A DNA stretch of 64,000 bases, from NCBI GenBank assembly GCA_017625675.1, contig JAGAKK010000030.1:10509-74508 (forward strand), in the 5' to 3' direction. A program made the translations under genes and the position numbers. Shown here in pieces: positions 56,675-64,000 of this stretch. How positions within the stretch are numbered: the first letter of the stretch is position 1; every line of letters starts with the position of its first letter. The notes beneath the pieces were generated by a model. The model made no database searches, had not been told where the DNA came from, and saw only the letters and a list, made by a program, of their open reading frames with translations. The DNA is from Clostridia bacterium (GTDB lineage: Bacteria > Bacillota > Clostridia > UBA1212).

Positions 56675-59202
56675 ATTATATTGGCCCCGGAAGTGTACTG
56701 AATAATCGCTACGTTGTAGGTGATTGCATTGGCGTAGGCGGAATGGCTGTGGTGTTTAAAGGCGTAGACCGTACTACCGATACCGAAGTTGCGCTTAAAG
56801 TGCTTAAGCCTGAGTTTACTGCTGTAGAGCAAAATGTCACCAGGTTTAAAAAAGAGGCGGAGTCTGCCTACAGACTCAATCATCCAAATATCGTAAAGAT
56901 ATACGGAATCGGCTGTTGTTCCGGAGTTCACTATATTGCAATGCAGTATATTGACGGAATTACTTTAACCGAATATATGGAAAAGTGCGGCGTTTTCAAC
57001 TGGAAAAATGCTTTTGAAATAATAAGACAGGTGCTTTCTGCCTTGGCCTTTGCCCACGAAGAAGGTGTAGTTCACAGAGATATCAAGCCCCAGAATATTC
57101 TGGTTGACGAGAATATGCACGTAACTCTCACCGATTTTGGTATTGCACAGGATTCAATTAACTCAAATACAATTGATGCAAATACAAATGCTTGTTCCGT
57201 GCACTATCTTTCTCCGGAACAGGCCCGCGGCACTTTTGCTGACGGACGCACGGACATTTATTCCACAGGTATTACACTCTACGAAATGATTGTAGGATCA
57301 GTTCCTTTTGATGGGGACTCTGCGGTGTCCGTGGCTCTAAAACACCTGCAGGGTCGTATAATGCCTCCTGTTGAGGTGGATCCCTCTATTCCAAAAGGTG
57401 TCAGTGACGTTGTAATGATGGCTACCATGCGTGATACGGGAAAAAGATTTCAGTCTGCAGACGAGATGCTTGCTCAGATGCGTATTGTTTCTGAAAATCC
57501 CGATATATCTTTCTGGAAAGAAAATACGGTAGCTTCAGAGCCTGTGAAAAAGGTTCCTGCAGTCACTACAGATGATACTTCATCAGAGGATAATTTTGAT
57601 GATGAAGACGATGTTAAAACCTTTGTTATAGGCGGCCGTTCCCGGACGGAAGTTTCTGATGAGCCGGGGGCTGATGAGTCGGAGGATATTCCTGCTTCTG
57701 AAGAAACAGAAGAAGATGTCGGCGCCGGTGAAACGACTGATACAGAAGAGACAGAGGAGGAAGTGTCCTCTGATGAAGAGAATAGCGATGACGGATACGT
57801 TTCTCCCGGTAAAAGAGGCGTACGTATTGCAGGGAAAGTTATTACCTACGTGGTAGCAGGTATTCTCGCAATTGCTACGATAATTTTTGCTGTCAGCATG
57901 TATAAGAGTATATCTCCTGAGCCCGGTGTCGTATACAATATAAAAAATTACGAAGGCTATAAGGCCGTTGATGTAATAGAGACGTTGGACAAATTAGGCA
58001 TTATCGTCGTTCAGAAGGAGACAACGGAGACTGACGGCTATCCATCGGGATATATAATTTCTCAGGACATTTCGGCGGATACGTTGCTTTCTGCAGGAGA
58101 CACTATCACTTTTACAGTTGCGGTGGAAGAAGGTTATACAATCGTTGACAATTGTTCCGGCATGGATCCGAGGCAGGCAGATGACGTATTGTCTAAAAAA
58201 GGCCTTGTGACCGAGATAAAATATATTCCCGGAAAAAATATGGTAAACGGTACAGTTATCAGAACAACTCCTGAGGCAGGCGCTCCCGTAAAAACCGGTG
58301 AGACTGTGGTGCTTTACGTTTGCAAGGGTGACGTGTGCCCTGTTGTGACTGTTCCGAACCTTAGCGGAATGACTTATGAACAAGCGAGAAATACGTTGAA
58401 GGCTGCCGGCCTTAACCTGGGAGGGTGTTTCCCGAATCCCGGAGAGGATATTTCTGAGCTTTTAGCGACTCCTACACCGGAGCCTACTGAAACGCCTGTG
58501 GTTACCGAGACCCCTGAGCCTACTGAAACTCCCGATGTTGAAACGATGGCACCTCCTTTTGAAACAGAAAATCCTTTTGAAACGGAAGGCCCTTCTGATA
58601 TACCGGTAGTGGAGCAAACAGAGATTGTTGGTCAGCAAACTGAATTGCCGTCAGAAACTATATTGCCCTCTGAGACAGAGCTTCCTGAAAACATTCCTGA
58701 GGCTCTGCTTGAGAATCGTGATATTGACACCTCGGATATTCCATGGTGGGGGACCTTTGTGCCTGAACAAACGGCTACGGCGGAGCCGTCCTTGGTTCCC
58801 GAGCTTTCATTTACTCCCGAGCCGACCGCTACCCCTGAACTAATTTTTGCATCAGACAAAGTAGTGGCGCAATATCCCAAAGCCGGAGAGACCGTCTATA
58901 AAGGCAGCAGTGTGACGTTGTATTTTTACGACAAGGATGCTTTGAACAACGCCGAAGAAAAAGTATCCCAGACCTTGGAGCTTCCTGAAAAATACAAGGA
59001 CAGCAACAAAATCACGGTTATGATAGAGTACATTCTGGCAGACGGAAGCAAACCGGATATGGAAATTTTTACTGCGGCAAGCGGGGAGTTTCCATTGACG
59101 TTTGACGTTCCGTTCAGCGCAGGCAGTGATACTACCGAGGTAGTGATTAAGATAAATGACACCAGCGTAGTGTATGAAAAACGAATTGTGAAAAAGCCTT
59201 GA
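56671..59202 (+). CDS. pknB: PASTA-domain Ser/Thr kinase (PknB/PrkC family)
   Basis: G.GGMA.V, ALKVL, HRDIKPQN, DFGIA, YLSPEQ; TM helix; PASTA repeats. Confidence 0.92.
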   Translation: MNYIGPGSVLNNRYVVGDCIGVGGMAVVFKGVDRTTDTEVALKVLKPEFTAVEQNVTRFKKEAESAYRLNHPNIVKIYGIGCCSGVHYIAMQYIDGITLTEYMEKCGVFNWKNAFEIIRQVLSALAFAHEEGVVHRDIKPQNILVDENMHVTLTDFGIAQDSINSNTIDANTNACSVHYLSPEQARGTFADGRTDIYSTGITLYEMIVGSVPFDGDSAVSVALKHLQGRIMPPVEVDPSIPKGVSDVVMMATMRDTGKRFQSADEMLAQMRIVSENPDISFWKENTVASEPVKKVPAVTTDDTSSEDNFDDEDDVKTFVIGGRSRTEVSDEPGADESEDIPASEETEEDVGAGETTDTEETEEEVSSDEENSDDGYVSPGKRGVRIAGKVITYVVAGILAIATIIFAVSMYKSISPEPGVVYNIKNYEGYKAVDVIETLDKLGIIVVQKETTETDGYPSGYIISQDISADTLLSAGDTITFTVAVEEGYTIVDNCSGMDPRQADDVLSKKGLVTEIKYIPGKNMVNGTVIRTTPEAGAPVKTGETVVLYVCKGDVCPVVTVPNLSGMTYEQARNTLKAAGLNLGGCFPNPGEDISELLATPTPEPTETPVVTETPEPTETPDVETMAPPFETENPFETEGPSDIPVVEQTEIVGQQTELPSETILPSETELPENIPEALLENRDIDTSDIPWWGTFVPEQTATAEPSLVPELSFTPEPTATPELIFASDKVVAQYPKAGETVYKGSSVTLYFYDKDALNNAEEKVSQTLELPEKYKDSNKITVMIEYILADGSKPDMEIFTAASGEFPLTFDVPFSAGSDTTEVVIKINDTSVVYEKRIVKKP

Positions 59203-59215
59203 GACGGAGTGTTAT

Positions 59216-60103
59216 ATGGAGTACGGAACGATAATAAAGGGCGTAGGCGGACTTTACAGCGTATATTATCAAGGTGACGTTTACACCTGTAAGCCGAGAG
59301 GAAAATTCAGAAAAGACCAGATAAAGCCAATGATTGGCGATAACGTGGTTTTAGGCGATTTTGCCGAAACAGCTGACGGGTATACCGCGGTTATTGACGA
59401 GATACTGGAAAGAAAGAATTCATTGATAAGGCCGGCTGTTGCAAATGTTGACAGAATTATTTTTGTTATAGCGGCGGTTGCGCCTATGCCGGATCTTCTT
59501 TTGCTTGACAAGATGCTGGCGGCGGCCAACAAGAAGAATATTTCGGCTTTGGTTGTTGTCAATAAAGCTGATCAGGATGACAAGGTTGCAGAGAGCCTTG
59601 CGGACGTATATAAAAACTCTGTGACAAAGGTCATATTGACCTGTGCAGTAGAAGGAAGCGGTGTTGAGACTCTTGAAAACGTTGTTTCACAGGGGATTTC
59701 GGTAATGGCAGGTCAGTCGGGTGTAGGCAAATCTTCTCTTGTCAACTGCCTTTTGAAAAATGATAAAATGGCAACGGGAGGGCTTACCAAGAAGCTTGAC
59801 AGAGGACGTCATACTACGAGGCACTCGGAGATGTTTTCTGTGGGAGACGGCCTTGTGATAGATTCTCCGGGATTCAGTCTTTTTGAACTTACAGACGTGT
59901 TGCCCACGGAGCTTCAGCTCTACTATCCGGAGCTTTCCGGAAGGGTGTCGGAGTGCCGTTTTATGGACTGTTCCCACACCGGGGAGCCCGGTTGCTGTGT
60001 GACGGAGCTTCTTGAAAAAGGTTCTTTTGACAGCGGCAGATATGAGAGATATAAAACGATATACAAGGATCTTAAAGAAAAAGAAAAAAACAAGTATAAA
60101 TAA
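59216..60103 (+). CDS. rsgA: Small ribosomal subunit biogenesis GTPase RsgA
   Basis: NKAD, GQSGVGKS, GRHTT, DSPG, CRF.DC.H..EPGC. Confidence 0.95.
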   Translation: MEYGTIIKGVGGLYSVYYQGDVYTCKPRGKFRKDQIKPMIGDNVVLGDFAETADGYTAVIDEILERKNSLIRPAVANVDRIIFVIAAVAPMPDLLLLDKMLAAANKKNISALVVVNKADQDDKVAESLADVYKNSVTKVILTCAVEGSGVETLENVVSQGISVMAGQSGVGKSSLVNCLLKNDKMATGGLTKKLDRGRHTTRHSEMFSVGDGLVIDSPGFSLFELTDVLPTELQLYYPELSGRVSECRFMDCSHTGEPGCCVTELLEKGSFDSGRYERYKTIYKDLKEKEKNKYK

Positions 60104-60126
60104 TTGAGAAGTGGAAGTGTTTGGTA

Positions 60127-60792
60127 ATGGTTAAAATAGCGCCGTCTATATTATCGGCTGATTTTTCAAAATTAGGAGAGGACGTAAAGAGAATTGCAGA
60201 ATATGGAGCGGAATATATCCACATTGACGTAATGGACGGTGCCTTCGTGCCCAATATTTCCTTCGGACCGCCTGTGATCAAGGCTGTAAGACCTGTTACC
60301 GATGCGGTTTTTGACGTGCATCTTATGATTGAACACCCTGAAAAATATCTTAAAGCATTCAGTGATGCAGGGGCGGATATTATTACGGTTCATCAGGAAG
60401 CCTGCGTGCACCTTCACAGAACTATTCAGGAGATAAGAGCACAGGGGAAGAAGCCCTGCGTTGCGATAAATCCTGCTACGCCGATTTGTATGATAAGTCA
60501 GGTTCTTCAGGACGTGGATATGGTGCTGATAATGACTGTGAATCCCGGCTTTGGCGGCCAGAAATATATTGAGAGTGTTACCGAAAAAATTGCGGAGCTT
60601 GATAAGGTACGAAAAGAAAAGGGTCTGCGCTTTGAAATTCAGGTTGACGGCGGCATTGACGCAGAAACGGTAAAGATGGCTTCTGCAGCAGGTGCTGACG
60701 TGTTTGTGGCTGGCTCTGCTGTGTTTGGCGCAAAAGACGTTAAAGAGGCTATATATAATATCAGAAAAGCGGCAGAAGGGGCAAAGGAGTAA
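60127..60792 (+). CDS. rpe: Ribulose-phosphate 3-epimerase
   Basis: IAPSILSADF, HIDVMDG.FVPN, DVHLM, M.VNPGFGGQ, VDGGI. Confidence 0.96.
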   Translation: MVKIAPSILSADFSKLGEDVKRIAEYGAEYIHIDVMDGAFVPNISFGPPVIKAVRPVTDAVFDVHLMIEHPEKYLKAFSDAGADIITVHQEACVHLHRTIQEIRAQGKKPCVAINPATPICMISQVLQDVDMVLIMTVNPGFGGQKYIESVTEKIAELDKVRKEKGLRFEIQVDGGIDAETVKMASAAGADVFVAGSAVFGAKDVKEAIYNIRKAAEGAKE

Positions 60793-60794
60793 TT

Positions 60795-61514
60795 ATGGGT
60801 ATCAAGTGCAAAATTGCAGACCTTAACGTTAATGTGGACGTGCAATGTAAAAAATTGGCGGCCCAGGCAGAAAAGTATGCCTTTGACTTTCGCTGTGAGC
60901 CTGATATAAAAGTTATCATTACACAGGATCAGGTAAAAAGATACCAACAGAGATATCCTGAAGCAAGCCTTGATACATGTGCATATCTTCTCAGCGGCAG
61001 TTTTTTCTACAGAAGATTGCTTAATTTTGATGGTTTTATGATACATTCTTCTGCAATAGAATACGAGGGCAAGGCATATATGTTTTCAGCGCCCTGCGGA
61101 ACGGGAAAGTCTACCCATACTGATTATTGGGTACAAAAACTGGGAAAAGAGAAGGTCAGGATAATTAACGACGACAAGCCTGCCGTAAGGTTTATGGACG
61201 GCAAGTTTTATTGCTGCGGAACGCCTTGGAGCGGAAAAAATGATGCCAGCAACAACGTTATCGTGCCGGTAGGCGCTTTGGTCTTTATTGAGAGATCCGA
61301 GGAAAATTATATACGCCCCGTAAAACCCGGAGAGATATTGAAAAGATTTTTCCCACAGACTGTAAGGCCCTCAGAGCCTGAGGCAATGAGTAAGCTTCTG
61401 GATCTGTTTGAAAAGATGGTTAAAGAAGTGCCGGTTTACGTTCTCGGTGCGGAAAATGATATCAGCGCTGCTGATTTTGCCATAAAGAATATTGTGAATA
61501 AGGAGGGGGATTGA
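60795..61514 (+). CDS. HPr-kinase-related P-loop protein (ScmC-like)
   Basis: HSSA......A..F.APCGTGKSTH, INDD.P, GTPWSGK. Confidence 0.75.
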   Translation: MGIKCKIADLNVNVDVQCKKLAAQAEKYAFDFRCEPDIKVIITQDQVKRYQQRYPEASLDTCAYLLSGSFFYRRLLNFDGFMIHSSAIEYEGKAYMFSAPCGTGKSTHTDYWVQKLGKEKVRIINDDKPAVRFMDGKFYCCGTPWSGKNDASNNVIVPVGALVFIERSEENYIRPVKPGEILKRFFPQTVRPSEPEAMSKLLDLFEKMVKEVPVYVLGAENDISAADFAIKNIVNKEGD

Positions 61515-61515
61515 C

Positions 61516-61782
61516 ATGAAAATAAAAGACGGGTGTCTGCTTCGCGAGATTGGCGGAAGCTACGTTGTCGTGGTGTCCGGTGTTGAAAGCGTGGACTTTC
61601 GCGGAATGATTTCCCTTCAGAATGAAACCGCGGTTTTTATGTACAAGGCCCTTTCAGAAGAGACAACTATGGAAGAATTGTGCGGAAAATTAGTAGAGAA
61701 GTACGACGTGACAGAGGAACATGCAATGAAAACCTCGCAGGAGTTCGTGGAAAAGCTCAGGGGAGTGGGTATTATTGAATAA
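61516..61782 (+). CDS. PqqD family protein (RiPP recognition element fold)
   Basis: LREIGG..VVV, M..L.NET..F.Y..L, L...YDV..E.A....F...L...GII. Confidence 0.85.
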   Translation: MKIKDGCLLREIGGSYVVVVSGVESVDFRGMISLQNETAVFMYKALSEETTMEELCGKLVEKYDVTEEHAMKTSQEFVEKLRGVGIIE

Positions 61783-62239
61783 TAGTGTCAAGGCTGTTCC
61801 TATGGAGCAGATGGCTCCCTTGATTTCTGAATTGGTGTCAGAGGGGAGAACTGCAAAGTTTACAATGACAGGGGACAGTATGCGCCCTTTTTTAAAGCAT
61901 AAAAAAAATACCGTGGTTCTGGAGAAGGTTGCGCCTTCTGACGTTAAGAGGCTTGACGTTGTTTTTTACAGAAGAGAAAGCGGCGCCTACGTGCTTCACA
62001 GAGTTATAAAGGCAGACCCGGAGAAACTGACGCTTTGCGGTGACGGTCAGTACAAGATTGAGGAGGGTGTTCCCAGAGATGCTGTTATTGCCCTGCTTTC
62101 AGGTTATTATTCTGACAAAGCTCCTGAGAAATTTATTTCATGTAAAAATAAAGGCTACAAATTGATTGCAGCCTTTTGGGTAAGTACCAGGGGTATAAGA
62201 TATTTCTTTTTCAGAGTTAAGCGAAGGCTTACCCGATGA
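61775..62239 (+). CDS. S24/S26 family peptidase
   Basis: G.SM.PFL catalytic Ser, D.V.Y.R, VLHRV, CGD. Confidence 0.82.
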   Translation: MNNSVKAVPMEQMAPLISELVSEGRTAKFTMTGDSMRPFLKHKKNTVVLEKVAPSDVKRLDVVFYRRESGAYVLHRVIKADPEKLTLCGDGQYKIEEGVPRDAVIALLSGYYSDKAPEKFISCKNKGYKLIAAFWVSTRGIRYFFFRVKRRLTR

Positions 62240-63992
62240 TTATTGTTTTTTGATTTGTGTAGATTACCTTGCCGGGGCGTGAGCCAGCCGGCTTTTTTAC
62301 GTATTTCACCCGTGTGAAGTCAACTTCTGCCTTGGAAGGGTTTTTATAACTGCTGTGGACTGCGGCAAGCCTTGCAGCATCTTCTATAGCGGCTTTTGTA
62401 AATTCGCCGCCCATTAATGACGTCCTCAATATAACGTGAGAGCCGGGGGCGTTTTTTACGTGGAGCCATATATCGTTTGCGGCGGCCAGTTTTCCTGTGA
62501 TAAGGTCGTTTTGTATATTATTTTTGCCAACCCAGACTTCATAGCCGTCGCTTACTGTGACTACAAGGTGCTTGCCTTCGTTACGGTTTTTTTGTCCCTT
62601 TTTATTCGCCTTGTTGTTAGAAGTATGGTTCAGGTATCCTGAAGACACCAGCTCCTCCCGGATCTGAGCAATATCTCCGGTGTCAGTACAATTTGAAAGA
62701 AGCGTTTCAACACTTTTTAAATATTCCAGCTCCGCCAATGCCTCCGTAAGATTACGGGTAGCATTTTCGTGGGTGCTTTTCTTTTTTCTGTATTTTTTAA
62801 AATATTGCTGTGCATTTGCTGCAGGTGAAAGGTTCTCGTCAAGGGAGATCTTTATCAGAGAGCACTCTTCCTCGTAATAGTTTTCAAGAGTCGCTTCCTT
62901 GTCTCCTGTTTTTATTCTGTAAACATTTGCGGTGATGAGTTCGCCTTTTATTCGGTAAACGTCGTAATTTTCTGCGCTTTTTATATCACCCTCGTAAATG
63001 TCAATCTTTCTTTCTGTGCGGGAGATTGCGGTGTTTACGCTTTTTACGAGATTTGCTTTTTTCTGTCGGAGTCTTTCCTCTGTGTCTTTCTTTGTGTAAA
63101 ATTCATCAAGCATCAGATTGATTGATGAGTAATTTATTATCCTTCCTTCTGAGCAGGTGTCAAGGCAATGAAAGTCGCAATACTTTATTATCCCTGTTTC
63201 TCTGTCTTCTTCTGAAAGAATAAAAGGCGAATAATGTCTGTTGACAATTTTTTTTGCCACGCCAAGTAAAGCCTCTGACAGCGCATCAAGCTCGCTTTCT
63301 ATGAGGGCCGACAATTTTACGTCAGGGTCAATTCCAGCCCTTATACAAATACCTTTGCAGAGCAGGGGACTTGTTCCGCTGATTGAATTTAAAATAACCT
63401 TAGAAACCGGCAGATTGCTTTTTTCTGAATCCTTTGAAGCTTCGGTAAAAATATTTCTCAAAAGCTCTGTGTCATCCGGGGAGGTTTTTTCTTGAGCCGG
63501 AGGGGGCAGATAGTGTCTTGCCGGAAGAATTTCACGCAAGGAGTTCGTTCTTTCATCTACGTGCTTTATAGCGTCGTAAATAATGTTTTCCTGTCCCGTA
63601 AGGATAATGTTGCTGTGACGACCCATTATCTCAACGATTAGTTTTTTCGTCACAGGGTCGCCCATCTCGTTGTAGGTGTCAATGTTGATTTCAACGATTC
63701 TGTCAAAGCCCCATTGGCAGATTTTATTTATCTTTCCGCCCTGAATGTGTTTTCTGAGAACCATACAGAACTGGGGCGCCACCAAAGGGTTTTCCTTCTG
63801 TGTACGCGTCAGATGCAATCGTGGGTTTGACGGATTGCAGCTTATGAGAAGTTTATAGTTTTCTCCGTTTTTATTGCAGGTGAGAAGAATCTCGTCTTTT
63901 TCTGCCTGATAAATTTTAGTTATCCGGCTTCCCTCAAGAATTCCCGAAAGTTCCCAGATAACACCTGATATCACAATGCCGTCGTAAGCCAT
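62229..63992 (-). CDS. rqcH: Ribosome quality control factor RqcH (NFACT/FbpA)
   Basis: MAYDG, F.M.LRKH, FDR, EIMGRHSNIIL, NAQ.Y, VGKNN.QND, WLH....PGSHV, VKKP.G..PG.V.Y. Confidence 0.92.
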   Translation of the reverse strand: MAYDGIVISGVIWELSGILEGSRITKIYQAEKDEILLTCNKNGENYKLLISCNPSNPRLHLTRTQKENPLVAPQFCMVLRKHIQGGKINKICQWGFDRIVEINIDTYNEMGDPVTKKLIVEIMGRHSNIILTGQENIIYDAIKHVDERTNSLREILPARHYLPPPAQEKTSPDDTELLRNIFTEASKDSEKSNLPVSKVILNSISGTSPLLCKGICIRAGIDPDVKLSALIESELDALSEALLGVAKKIVNRHYSPFILSEEDRETGIIKYCDFHCLDTCSEGRIINYSSINLMLDEFYTKKDTEERLRQKKANLVKSVNTAISRTERKIDIYEGDIKSAENYDVYRIKGELITANVYRIKTGDKEATLENYYEEECSLIKISLDENLSPAANAQQYFKKYRKKKSTHENATRNLTEALAELEYLKSVETLLSNCTDTGDIAQIREELVSSGYLNHTSNNKANKKGQKNRNEGKHLVVTVSDGYEVWVGKNNIQNDLITGKLAAANDIWLHVKNAPGSHVILRTSLMGGEFTKAAIEDAARLAAVHSSYKNPSKAEVDFTRVKYVKKPAGSRPGKVIYTNQKTIIIG

Positions 63993-64000
63993 ATTTCCTC

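Noticed and set aside
57181-57225. PknB 'ACSVHY' in place of the usual GS/GT before the P+1 loop, suggesting a pseudokinase
   Set aside because: Catalytic Lys, HRD..N, DFG and SPE motifs are all intact; one substitution is not enough.

Overview
Chromosomal window from a Clostridia-class (Bacillota) bacterium, inferred from gene content (ireB, ruvX-DUF1292, whiA, rbgA, the priA-def-fmt-rlmN-stp-pknB-rsgA-rpe block, rqcH) and sigmaA-type promoters. Most of it is housekeeping: nadE, uvrBA, a ClpE-like ATPase, argJ, helD, ttdAB, ftsK, pepF, birA and three tRNAs. I see no CRISPR array, integrase or transposase. The main candidates for a second look are: (1) a likely operon joining two carbohydrate-binding-module-bearing GT-C transferases (one PMT/GT39-like), a 2-hydroxyethylphosphonate pathway (aepY, a triple-domain aepX, Fe-ADH) and a GtrB-like GT2, which suggests phosphonate-decorated protein O-glycans; (2) a tRNA-Glu locus with a duplicated tRNA 3' end, a repeated anti-T-arm motif and a highly structured ~190-bp insert, resembling a tRNA-anchored cassette array; (3) an orphan ParA with an HTH-less ParB-like partner near a bactofilin gene; (4) an HPr-kinase-like/PqqD/S26 peptidase trio with no visible precursor; (5) REP/REPIN-like palindromes, a two-gene FtsK arrangement and a PknB with a split PASTA domain. 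All product calls come from motif recognition by eye; no database searches were run.
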